40,509 nt of DNA from Myxococcota bacterium (GCA_049969675.1 JBMFOP010000017.1:1-40509), one strand, 5' to 3'. Shown: positions 8,996 to 18,648, counted from the first letter of the stretch. Program-made: numbers and translations. Notes: generated by a model not told the origin, from the sequence alone.

Positions 8996-11900
8996 ATGAG
9001 AGGCGTAAAGTTTATTCTTTTATTCTCAATCTTACTCATCTTTCTTTCTGGTTATAGTGATCTGTACTGGAATGTATTTAGAGCCGATGTCCACCGCACA
9101 GCGATGCTTACAGGTAGTGCTGAAATAGATATTCCGGCAGTCAGGTGGAAGTATTATGCAGGAGGCTCGCTCGCTACAATACAGCTCTTAATTGATGATA
9201 TTAATAATGATGGAGCGCTTGAATATGTACTCATATCAGGCGGTAAGGTGCTGGCAAAGCTCTATAATGATATCCTTATCTGGGATACCTCTTACATAGC
9301 GGCGCAAAGGCTTATAGATATCAGAGATATCAATATGGATGGGAAGAAGGATATAATAGTCGCCAATTCACAGGGTAGAATAATAATTCTCAGTGCATCA
9401 GATGGCTCAATTGAATACATCAATTCAGATACCGATTTTAACTGGATCGGTTCAGTAATCATAAAGGATATTAATAAGGATGGATATGATGATATTTATG
9501 TAGCGGATACAGCCTGTGGTTCTGCTACCAGAGAGCCTAAAGCGGTTTACGGAACAGGGATAGCCTACTCTTTTAGAAATGGTTTTAAGGATGTAGAGAA
9601 ACTATTTATCCTTGAGCCAGATACAAGGGATTATCGCTGTGGCGTTAATAATATGATTGCTGATATAGATGGAGATGGGATTTACGAGATAATTGCACCG
9701 GGTGACCAGTATTTGTATATCTATTCTGCGGAGGATGGGAGATTAAAGTATTCTTCACCATTCCTCGGGGCATTCCCATGGGGTGATACAAAAATAATTA
9801 CAAGAGATGTTGATAACGATGGGGCAGATGAGATATTCCTCTACACAAATTCTATATTTGCAAGGGGGAGCCGTAGAATAACAGCATTAAAGGTGATGGA
9901 TGGATTTCTAACACCGATATGGCAGATATCTCCACCAGAGGCTTCATTTCAAAGAGATGGAATATATTTGATGCCAGACCCGCTTGCAGATTTTGACAGT
10001 GATGGGAATTACGAATTTATTACTTCAATGTATGACTCAAATACAGGCAAATGGACAACTTATATACTTGATGCAGGCTTTGTCTGTTCTAATGTTCAGA
10101 AATGGGATAGATTTACAAATTGTTATCAGAGCAGAGTTGAGATTCCAAATTTCAGATTTTATGGTTCGGCAGAGATATATAGAAATAGTAAGAGACAATT
10201 ATTACTTTACGACTATATTACCGGAAGGTATGGGATATATGAGCTTGAGAATAACAATGGCGAATATGTACTGGTAGTTAAATCATTGTTCCCTTCGGGT
10301 CTTTCATATGCAGCGTATAGTGATCTGGCAGCAGCGGTTGACCAGAATTATTTTGATAGATTGTTTTTATTTGATTATCAGAGTGACGGGCAGGAGGAGG
10401 TGGTGATGCGATATGGGAATAATATAGAGGTTTATGATGTCACAGGTCAGACAGCCAGAAGAATCGGTCTTATTGAGGGGTTGCCCAATATATCGTTTAC
10501 ATTTTATAGACCTATTTACTTTAATAAGAAGCATCTTTTTGTTGGACATCTCAACAATGGCACTGTGGCGATATACGATAATTTACTTAATCCAGTCAAC
10601 GACCTTGATAATGATGGAGTTTTTGATTTGAGGAGCGGTGGTTATGGGGCAAATATGCTTATTACTGACCTTGAAAAAGATGGAAGACCGGAGATATTTA
10701 CCACCCGTTCAAATGGTGTGATATCTGTTCTGGATGGGATGACCACAGACCTCGTAAATCCCCCGAGGATTTTATGGAGTAGAGGTGGTGGGCTTCCGGC
10801 CATTGGAGATATGAATGCTGATGGAAAGTTTGAGATGATATTCGGTGAGTTTGAGGGCAATAATCTGGTGGTCAATGTGCTAAAGCCAGATTTAACAAAG
10901 TTGTATTCTGGGGTTATAGCCCCAAGGACCGAGACAGATGGATTTTATAGAGACCTGATATATGGAAATGCAAATGGCGATAATCTACCTGATATTTATT
11001 ATGTATATACAGACCCATACAATAATCTGGCAAAGTATGGAATTTTGGTTTGGGATGGAGTATCTCCAGCCGCTCAAAAGAAGTGGGCACAGGAGTATGG
11101 GCTTCCATATCAGGGGGATGGGCAGGGATATAGAACAATTATAGATTCCAATGGAGATGGATATGAGGATTATATAATAAATCCATACAGGCAGATAAGA
11201 ATCCTGAATGCTATAGATGGAACTTTACTTGTACAGAGTACCAATGCAAATGTCTACGCTGGTGCGGTCTCATTCTTTGGAGACTTAATTATAAATCACG
11301 GTGGGCACACCGGAGCAATATATTCATCTCCTTCCGCATATAATAAATCTACTCTTGCAAAGGTCTGGGAATCTCCTATAAAAGTTGAATATGCTGGAAA
11401 ACTCGGTTCAATGGTAGAGATAAAGGACGGTAATTTAAGATTTTTGCAGACTGCCACTGATTCTGCCCATATCTACCTTTATAATGTTATTGATGGAACT
11501 TTGCTATACAATAAAGTTCTCGCTTGTGGTCGTCTTTATGAGAATGAAGAGGATGCTACAAAGGATAATTGTGTACTGAGTGACCTTATATCTTCTATAG
11601 CAATTAAGGATATTGATTCAAATGGAAGGGCAGCATTTATAGTAGGTTCAAAGGATGGTTATCTATATGCAGTGGATGCCGAAAATCTGGAGATGATATT
11701 TGTTATGAATTTTCGTTATCCAATTAGTGATATTATTGCTGGGGATCTGGACGGAGATAATAAAGTGGAGATTCTGATTAGCTGTTTGGATGGATATATT
11801 TATGCAATAGATAGAGCGGAGCTCAAAGCCACAAGTTATGTATATGAAAATGATGGGTTTAATACTGCCACATTTAATAATGGTCCCAATAGATGCCCAT

Positions 11901-13111
11901 CGGACGCCGATGAGGATATTGATTGTCAGGAATATACAAATACATTGGGTGCAAATTGGGAGAGAGTAGATGGCGCAACTGGATACGAATATGCAATCAT
12001 CTCTCAGAACGGTACTTATATTACCTATTGGGCTGACAACGGAGATAGGACAGCGGTTACTACAAAGGATTTGAGGCTTGTCTTTGACTTTATGTATTAT
12101 TTTCTGGTCAGGCCTTACAAAATAGATAAAGGGAATAAGATTACCGGACCGGAGACAATAAGTGATGGGGTTAAGATAATTGACCTTTCACCTCCAGAGA
12201 TAAAGATTGATTTATCAAGCAATCCAATTACTCCCGATAATGATGGATTGTATGATTATACAGATATACTTTTGAGTATATACGACAGGACATATATTAC
12301 ACAGTATCAGATGCAGATAATGGATCAGAATGGGAATATATATTTTGACACAAAGCCACTTTTTATCTCCATACAGAGTCTAAAAAAGACTGTTAGATAT
12401 GATGCTATGTATAACGGGAATAGACTCAATGGCGGAGATTATATCGTAAGAGTATTCGTTACAGATATAGGTGGACATTTGAGTCAGAAGGATGCAATTT
12501 TGACTGTATGTAATGAATATGAAGTGGTTGTTGAGGAGAATGGTTTAAAGAGGTGTGCCTGTCCAGATAGAGATAGAGATGGATTTACCGATTATAGATG
12601 TGGTGGTCTGGATTGCAATGATTATGATAAGAATATAAATCCAGCTGCGATAGAAGATTGTTCCACAGGTGATTTAAATTGCGATGGAAGGCCCGTAGAG
12701 TGTAAATCTGACCAGAAGTGTATAGATGGATATTGCGCAAATCCCTGTATGAGTGGAGAATGTCAGAAGGGTTATGAATGTATTAATGGATATTGTATTC
12801 CACAGAACCCCTGTATTGAAGTGAGCTGCCCTGAAGGGACTTTTTGTGAAAATGGAAAATGTGTAGATTATTGTAAGAATGTAATCTGTCCGGACGAGAC
12901 ATATTGTTATATGGGAAAGTGTTATGGTTATAACGATTCGGTGATTGGTGATGGTCAGATAAATGATATAATTTCAATAGATGAAGTTGTATTAAGTGAT
13001 TCAAATACTTTTGATTCTTCTATTTTAAAGGATAAGGGTATTAATGACTCCTCTGAATCATCAGATGAATCTGCCGATAGTTCTGGTTGCAGTTGCTCAA
13101 TAATTGATTAA
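8996..13111 (+). CDS. Large exported protein (1371 aa): FG-GAP/VCBS-like Ca-binding repeat propellers, Fn3-like and FlgD-Ig-like regions, Cys-rich region, acidic linker and C-terminal GCSC motif
   Basis: ATG 8996 follows AAGGGG. Hydrophobic signal peptide; many DxNxDG / DxDGDG motifs; NPITPDNDG (FlgD-Ig-like); DRDRDGF...DCND...INPAAIEDC; Cys-rich units; ends SSGCSCSIID. Confidence 0.8.
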   Translation: MRGVKFILLFSILLIFLSGYSDLYWNVFRADVHRTAMLTGSAEIDIPAVRWKYYAGGSLATIQLLIDDINNDGALEYVLISGGKVLAKLYNDILIWDTSYIAAQRLIDIRDINMDGKKDIIVANSQGRIIILSASDGSIEYINSDTDFNWIGSVIIKDINKDGYDDIYVADTACGSATREPKAVYGTGIAYSFRNGFKDVEKLFILEPDTRDYRCGVNNMIADIDGDGIYEIIAPGDQYLYIYSAEDGRLKYSSPFLGAFPWGDTKIITRDVDNDGADEIFLYTNSIFARGSRRITALKVMDGFLTPIWQISPPEASFQRDGIYLMPDPLADFDSDGNYEFITSMYDSNTGKWTTYILDAGFVCSNVQKWDRFTNCYQSRVEIPNFRFYGSAEIYRNSKRQLLLYDYITGRYGIYELENNNGEYVLVVKSLFPSGLSYAAYSDLAAAVDQNYFDRLFLFDYQSDGQEEVVMRYGNNIEVYDVTGQTARRIGLIEGLPNISFTFYRPIYFNKKHLFVGHLNNGTVAIYDNLLNPVNDLDNDGVFDLRSGGYGANMLITDLEKDGRPEIFTTRSNGVISVLDGMTTDLVNPPRILWSRGGGLPAIGDMNADGKFEMIFGEFEGNNLVVNVLKPDLTKLYSGVIAPRTETDGFYRDLIYGNANGDNLPDIYYVYTDPYNNLAKYGILVWDGVSPAAQKKWAQEYGLPYQGDGQGYRTIIDSNGDGYEDYIINPYRQIRILNAIDGTLLVQSTNANVYAGAVSFFGDLIINHGGHTGAIYSSPSAYNKSTLAKVWESPIKVEYAGKLGSMVEIKDGNLRFLQTATDSAHIYLYNVIDGTLLYNKVLACGRLYENEEDATKDNCVLSDLISSIAIKDIDSNGRAAFIVGSKDGYLYAVDAENLEMIFVMNFRYPISDIIAGDLDGDNKVEILISCLDGYIYAIDRAELKATSYVYENDGFNTATFNNGPNRCPSDADEDIDCQEYTNTLGANWERVDGATGYEYAIISQNGTYITYWADNGDRTAVTTKDLRLVFDFMYYFLVRPYKIDKGNKITGPETISDGVKIIDLSPPEIKIDLSSNPITPDNDGLYDYTDILLSIYDRTYITQYQMQIMDQNGNIYFDTKPLFISIQSLKKTVRYDAMYNGNRLNGGDYIVRVFVTDIGGHLSQKDAILTVCNEYEVVVEENGLKRCACPDRDRDGFTDYRCGGLDCNDYDKNINPAAIEDCSTGDLNCDGRPVECKSDQKCIDGYCANPCMSGECQKGYECINGYCIPQNPCIEVSCPEGTFCENGKCVDYCKNVICPDETYCYMGKCYGYNDSVIGDGQINDIISIDEVVLSDSNTFDSSILKDKGINDSSESSDESADSSGCSCSIID

Positions 13112-13583
13112 GGATTTGATTGCGGTAATTTTTCCAGAGCCCTCTGTAGCGATTCTATATGTTCTTTATCAGCTTGCATCATAGCATTGAATAATTGCTC
13201 AGGGCTTTTTTCCTCCGGAAATTGAATTATTTTATGTGAATGATATTCGGCAAAGTCTTTCTCAAGTTGTATTGAATTTTTCAATGCCTCTTCGAGATTG
13301 TATTCCATAGTCTTTGAAAAGAGTAATATCTCATCAATTTTAGCTAATTTCTGTTTAATTTCCCCAATATCTGTTGTAAAGTCTATCTTGGATTTATAAG
13401 TGAGATTCATTGCAAATTTAAATTGATTTGCGTGATTGAACTCTTCATTTGCGGTTTTTAGAAAAGCATCTTAATATTTTCATCCGATGAAAATATTTCG
13501 GCGAAGACTGTATATAATTCATACATCTTCATCTCTATCTCATAACATAAATTCAAGATAACAGGGATTTCGGAACTATTCAT
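13108..13583 (-). pseudogene. Ferritin-like/rubrerythrin-family protein split by a single-base frameshift (pseudogene, sequencing error or recoding)
   Basis: RBS AAGGAG at 13591-13596, ATG 13583. Reads MNSSEIPVILNLCYEIEMKMYELYTVFAEIF...IKMLF-stop(13458-13460). The -1 frame continues LKTANEEFNHANQFKFA into the tracked ORF 13108..13410. The span is 476 nt, one base short of 159 codons. EExxH and DxxH helix motifs present. Confidence 0.75.
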
Positions 13584-13605
13584 AACATTACTCCTTCATA
13601 GATGG

Positions 13606-15027
13606 CTAACAATCAAAATATACTTTATGTTCAAGTGGGTCGATAGAATATTTAAATTGTCTTGCCTCTTTATATTTTGTATTTATCCAGGCATCAATAA
13701 AGTTCCTGGTAAATACACCATCTTGAATTAAGAAATCATAATCCATTTGAAGTGCAGCCAGTGCCTCTTCAAAGTTATTGGGAACAGATTGAATCTTCTT
13801 TAGTTCTGCATCAGAGAGTTCATATAAGTTCTTATCAAATGGGCCATATCCTAATTTTATCGGGTCAATCTTGTTTTTGATTCCATCTATGCCCGCCATC
13901 AAAATGGCTGAAAATGCCAGATATGGATTAGATGTCGCGTCTGGTGTCCTGAATTCAAAACGTGCAGATTTCTCTGTGTTCGCATATTTCGGAATTCTGA
14001 TTGCAGCTGACCTATTCCCGAGAGAGAATACCAATGTCGTGGGTGCCTCAAAACCGGGAACCAATCTTTTATATGAATTAACAGATGGGTTTGTAAAGGC
14101 AGCAAGGGCCCTTCCGTGGTGAAGTATGCCACCTATGAAATATAATGCATCTTTACTGAGTGAGGCATAGGAATTCCCGAAGAATATATTCTTACCTCCC
14201 TTTGTAAGCAATATATGAATATGCATACCTGTTCCCGAATCCTCTGGAAGTGGCTTGGGCATAAATGTGGCAAGCATATTCTCTTTTTTACAAACATTTT
14301 TAACAATGTATTTAATCCACACAGTATTGTCAGCGGCAATAAGAAGTGGAGTTGGAAATACCTCAATCTCGTGCTGGGAAGGGGCACCAACTTCGTGATG
14401 ATGATACTTAAACTTGATATTAATTTGATTCATGGTCTTTATAATCTTTTCACGAATGTAGAAATATCTATCAGAAGGGAGTGCCTTATGATATCCCTTT
14501 TGATAAGGTATGGGGAGAAATCCATTCTCTCCAAAATCGGTATTCCAGTATCCTTCCTCGCTATCCACAAAGAAATAAGAATGATTCTTTGAAACATCAA
14601 ATGAGACATTATTAAATATATAAAACTCATATTCTGGTGCAAAGTACGCATCATCTGCAATCTTACTATTTTTTAAATAGTTACAGGCTTTTTTGCAAAT
14701 ATACCTTGGATCATCCTCAAATTGTTTTCTGGAATCTGCCTCATTTATTGAACATATAAAGGACAATACCTTTGTATCAGTAATTGGGTCAAAGTGCATT
14801 GTATCAATTTCCGGTATAAGGACGAGATCACCTGCCTTAACCTTCCTGAATCCAGTAACTGAAGAACCATCAAAACCTATGCCGTAATTGAGCAGGTCTA
14901 AATTAAATTCATCACGAGAGATAGTTACCTTTCTGAATTCCCCATTCATATCTACAAATTTAAGGTCCACAGATAAAATATTTTCTTTTTTAATAATCTT
15001 TAATATATCATTAATCTTCTTCTGCAT
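13606..15027 (-). CDS. glnA: Glutamine synthetase type I
   Basis: FDGSS, APEYEF, HHHEV, TFMPKP, GTGMHIH, SYKRLVPGFEAP, NRSAAIRIP, EFRTPD, NPYLAF, DKNLY. RBS GGGAGG upstream. Confidence 0.97.
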   Translation of the reverse strand: MQKKINDILKIIKKENILSVDLKFVDMNGEFRKVTISRDEFNLDLLNYGIGFDGSSVTGFRKVKAGDLVLIPEIDTMHFDPITDTKVLSFICSINEADSRKQFEDDPRYICKKACNYLKNSKIADDAYFAPEYEFYIFNNVSFDVSKNHSYFFVDSEEGYWNTDFGENGFLPIPYQKGYHKALPSDRYFYIREKIIKTMNQINIKFKYHHHEVGAPSQHEIEVFPTPLLIAADNTVWIKYIVKNVCKKENMLATFMPKPLPEDSGTGMHIHILLTKGGKNIFFGNSYASLSKDALYFIGGILHHGRALAAFTNPSVNSYKRLVPGFEAPTTLVFSLGNRSAAIRIPKYANTEKSARFEFRTPDATSNPYLAFSAILMAGIDGIKNKIDPIKLGYGPFDKNLYELSDAELKKIQSVPNNFEEALAALQMDYDFLIQDGVFTRNFIDAWINTKYKEARQFKYSIDPLEHKVYFDC

Positions 15028-15129
15028 AGATTAACCTCCCAATCGCTGCAAAAATATTATATCTTACCAATTAAGCAAGTAAATAAAGGGACATAATACA
15101 ACATGTGCAAATTATTAGAGTTGTGGATT

Positions 15130-17004
15130 TTAAAGTTGTGGATTTACATAGATAACTTTAAGGTCCAATCCTCCGGGATAGGCAAAAGATACATCCTGAT
15201 GGTAGCCATATACAATAATTGAAACAGGATTATTGGCATTCAATTCATAAACACCTGATTGAGCCCTAAATCTGTAGACACCATATTGAGTATTAGGGAT
15301 TTGTGTAAATTGACTCGGTTGAATGGTGACTGTGTTTGATGTCCCCTGTAATGTTAATTTTACGGTGGTATTTAAAGGTGCCGCGATATTTACCCAATTT
15401 GTAGCATAGTCAGCAGGCACCAGAAATATATAATCCTGCCTGTATTGTTCCTGTGGGACGAGCAGTACCATTGCAGGGTCTCCAATATGGCTGCAGGAAT
15501 CAAAGTCCTTAAATAGTGTATTTTCATAAGTTGAACCAGCCATATATTGAACTACCATAATAGGACCATTCGCATCAATTACAAAATCCTGAGCTGATTG
15601 AAATTCATAAAATTGACCGAGATTTAATGTCTTTGGAAAGCCGCTCTGAGGTGGTATTGTATTGACCTGAACTCCGTTTTTCCCTGCGATGATTCTATAA
15701 AATGATTTTGGATTCCATTCACCTTTTTTAGGTTCAACACACTGGTCATTTTTATTGGAAAGATAATCTCTTTGAGCAAATTGTACCGCTGTAAACTTAT
15801 CGCCCCAGGTGTCTACAGGGAATAATTGCTCTTCAAGGTGGTCACAATATCCAAATGAATCCGGTATGTTTTCACAGATATGTCCACCGAAGACAGCAAC
15901 CGGATTATTTGCCTTTATAATTGTGCCTGTAAGGTCATCACCTTGAGATGCAGTTTCAATATTTAAGACCTGATATTGACTCAGGCTAAATGTATTCTTC
16001 TGACCTTTGGACATAGCCGGTACACCGGGACCTGAGGAAGTATTTGCTGTTGATGTTATCTCTACATTTGTTGTCCCCGGTGATGTAGCTATTACAGTAA
16101 GATATCCATTATTAAGATGATTGTATCCAATCTCCTGCCTTGAGGCAACAATGTAATTCCCGGTTAATATATGAGTTGGAAGTAATAGAGATGCATCGTT
16201 TGAATAGACTTTGACTGTATTATTCATAGGATTGAATTGATATACTACCACCGGGACATCAGATGAGATCTTCAATACCTTATTGTTTGCAAGTTCTGTC
16301 CCCTTGAGATTGTATTTCTGATTATCCTTCTTGGGGTCAAAGGTAAATACCTGTAGTTTTCTCGGTTCAATTGTATTGGAGGCGACGACTTTTCCAGTAG
16401 TTGCCTCAGTAATAGTAACATGGGCGTACATATTTGTATTGGTATTGCTGACCGCAACTCCCCAGATGGCTGTATCGCTTGCCTGTATGCTATCATCACC
16501 CATCAATTCCTGAGGAGCATTTCTAAGATGTACTGCAAGATATTCACAACCAATGTACGATTTAGTATTCATAGCCTCCTGACAGGCATTGACACATTTC
16601 TTATCCATACAGACCTCGCCCTTAGAATTATCACAGGTAAGATAATTCTCCCATCCACTTCCATCATTAGAGCATTTTTGAAGGGTCTTATTGTCCAGAC
16701 ATTTTAAATCGCCCGGAAGACAATTGACATTAATACACCCACCTTTCTCTATCTTACAGATTTGACCTGTGCCGCAGGACCTCACCTCATAACCGGTACC
16801 ACTCTCATTACATACCTTATAATCGTAATAAGTAGTGCAGGTGGAAATTTCACCGGGTGTGCAGAGTCCAGGAATGCCACCATCCTTATTTGATGAGGCG
16901 TCTTTAGATGAATTACCAGACTCATCTCCAGATGAAGAACAGTTAAAGACTATGGCAGAGCTAATAAATAACATAAAAATGATGAGGGTCTTGAATCTAG
17001 ACAT
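15130..17004 (-). CDS. IgGFc-binding-domain lipoprotein with N-terminal Cys-rich repeats
   Basis: Lipobox VFNC; Cys-rich stalk; SYIGCEY, SNDASLLLP, DLTGTIIKANNPVAVFGGH, CDHLEEQLFP, GDPAM, QYRQDYIFLVP, SFAYPGG. RBS GGAGG upstream. Confidence 0.82.
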   Translation of the reverse strand: MSRFKTLIIFMLFISSAIVFNCSSSGDESGNSSKDASSNKDGGIPGLCTPGEISTCTTYYDYKVCNESGTGYEVRSCGTGQICKIEKGGCINVNCLPGDLKCLDNKTLQKCSNDGSGWENYLTCDNSKGEVCMDKKCVNACQEAMNTKSYIGCEYLAVHLRNAPQELMGDDSIQASDTAIWGVAVSNTNTNMYAHVTITEATTGKVVASNTIEPRKLQVFTFDPKKDNQKYNLKGTELANNKVLKISSDVPVVVYQFNPMNNTVKVYSNDASLLLPTHILTGNYIVASRQEIGYNHLNNGYLTVIATSPGTTNVEITSTANTSSGPGVPAMSKGQKNTFSLSQYQVLNIETASQGDDLTGTIIKANNPVAVFGGHICENIPDSFGYCDHLEEQLFPVDTWGDKFTAVQFAQRDYLSNKNDQCVEPKKGEWNPKSFYRIIAGKNGVQVNTIPPQSGFPKTLNLGQFYEFQSAQDFVIDANGPIMVVQYMAGSTYENTLFKDFDSCSHIGDPAMVLLVPQEQYRQDYIFLVPADYATNWVNIAAPLNTTVKLTLQGTSNTVTIQPSQFTQIPNTQYGVYRFRAQSGVYELNANNPVSIIVYGYHQDVSFAYPGGLDLKVIYVNPQL

Positions 17005-17127
17005 TTATTTCCTCCTTCACAAAAAATACTATAACATATTATATGATTTTGGTGATTTTGTAAATTTCTATATTGACATACTGCGATATTTTTGTCATTA
17101 AGTATCACTCTTTTGAAGGAGTGAGAT

Positions 17128-17361
17128 ATGGTAAGAGGTTATGTCTTATTAAGACTTGTTCCCGGACTTGAGAGAGAGGCTCTCAATTCACTAAGGTTAT
17201 TAAAAGGTGTTGTGGAAGTGGACCTGGTCTTTGGACACTGGGATGTCGTTGTAAAGGTTGAAGCGAAATCTATCAATGAGATGACCAGAAAGGTTGTAAC
17301 CGAGATCAGGGGCGTAAAGGGAGTAGAAGCCACCGAGACATTGGTTACAACAGAATTTTAG
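17128..17361 (+). CDS. Stand-alone Lrp/AsnC ligand-binding (RAM) domain protein
   Basis: 77 aa; GVVEVDLVFGHWDVVVKVEA and IRGVKGVEATETLV; no HTH. RBS AAGGAG upstream. Confidence 0.88.
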   Translation: MVRGYVLLRLVPGLEREALNSLRLLKGVVEVDLVFGHWDVVVKVEAKSINEMTRKVVTEIRGVKGVEATETLVTTEF

Positions 17362-17637
17362 TCTTAAAATTCTACTGATATTTTTTAAAAGTAATTATTC
17401 CTGAAATAGCAGGTATATCCAGAATATCTTGTTTGGTCTTTTCAAATCAGATCTGTTCAAAATATACTGCTACCCCCAATAATTATCTATTTGTGAAATA
17501 AGAATTTTTAGCAACTGACAGGGAATAGAGGGATTATGAGTAACTTTTACTTGATCCCAGATGAGGGATTTTTCTTTTCAATTGGGTAGAGAGATTATAA
17601 CTGAGCATCGCCACAAATTGCCTCCGATTATAAAATC

Positions 17638-17653
17638 TGGCACAGGATTTGCT
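17638..17653 (+). promoter_or_regulatory. Sigma-54 (RpoN) -24/-12 promoter
   Basis: TGGCAC-AGGAT-TTGCT with GG and GC exactly 10 nt apart, 26 nt upstream of ATG 17680, within a ~320-nt intergenic region. Confidence 0.8.
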
Positions 17654-17679
17654 ATTTTAAGAAAATTGCGAGGTGAATT

Positions 17680-18648
17680 ATGAAAAATCTGGTAATTCTA
17701 TTTATTATTGTATCTTTTGTATCTTCCTGCTCTACAGGTAGAATTCATAAGAAGGCAATAGAGTATAATTTCAAAGGTATGCAGATGATAAAGGATGGGA
17801 ATTATGAGATGGCAGAGAAGAGTCTTGAGATCGCCATTGAATACAACAAAGATTATCCAGAGCCATATAATAATCTCGGTATCATCTATTTGAGACAGAA
17901 CAAGATTGAGAAGGCGGAAAAGTATTTTTCACTGGCTATTGAATACAACAATGATTTTGCTGAGGCGCATAACAATCTCGGGTATGTCTACTTGCTGAAA
18001 GGGGAACTTAAAAAGGCTGAACAGAGATTTAAGAATGCATTGAATATTGACCCATCATTTACAAATGCACGTCTGAATCTGGCAAGAACATATATACTTT
18101 TGGAGAATCTTGATAAGGCAGAAGACGAATTGTTAAAGTTGAGGCTTATCTCTGAGAGTGAAGAGGTCTTTTCACTGCTTATAAATACTTACATAAAAAA
18201 AGGACGGATTAATAAGGCATTTGAAGTGGTTGAGTTAATGTCGCACAACAAAAATTATCAGAAGAAGGGGATATATCTAAGGGGATTTTTGAATCTCACA
18301 TTAAACAGGTGTAATGATGCGGTTCAGGATTTTGAGAAAGTCCAGAATGACTTTCTGGATAATAAAGAGTTTTTACTCAATCTTTCGGCGGCATTTCTCT
18401 GTAATCAGGAGTATGAAAAGGCAGAGAAAATTTTAACGGGGCTATTAAAAATGCAGGCAGATGAACCGACTGTCCTCTTTAATCTCGGGAAGATAGAGTA
18501 TGAAAAGAAGAATTATGAATCAGCAGAATTATATTTTAAGAAATCTTATGAATTAGGATTTAAGTCATCCTGCAGTTATCTGGTGGATACCTTATTTATG
18601 AATGGGAAAGACGAGGAATCATTAAAAGTCTCAAAATGGTGTAAGTAA
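17680..18648 (+). CDS. TPR-repeat lipoprotein (PilF/Tgl-like)
   Basis: Lipobox VSSC; tandem TPRs (EPYNNLGIIY, EAHNNLGYVY, NARLNLARTY, VLFNLGKI). RBS GAGGTG upstream. Confidence 0.82.
   Translation: MKNLVILFIIVSFVSSCSTGRIHKKAIEYNFKGMQMIKDGNYEMAEKSLEIAIEYNKDYPEPYNNLGIIYLRQNKIEKAEKYFSLAIEYNNDFAEAHNNLGYVYLLKGELKKAEQRFKNALNIDPSFTNARLNLARTYILLENLDKAEDELLKLRLISESEEVFSLLINTYIKKGRINKAFEVVELMSHNKNYQKKGIYLRGFLNLTLNRCNDAVQDFEKVQNDFLDNKEFLLNLSAAFLCNQEYEKAEKILTGLLKMQADEPTVLFNLGKIEYEKKNYESAELYFKKSYELGFKSSCSYLVDTLFMNGKDEESLKVSKWCK

Noticed and set aside
13112..13200. Hidden TM tail for the GCSC motif via readthrough or frameshift
   Set aside because: In-frame readthrough gives a short polar peptide. The mildly hydrophobic +1 frame is antisense to the ferritin-like gene and lacks a basic terminus.
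13108..13410. The tracked 100-aa ORF as a complete gene
   Set aside because: It lacks an RBS and the first helix pair, and is better explained as the 3' part of the frameshifted gene starting at 13583.
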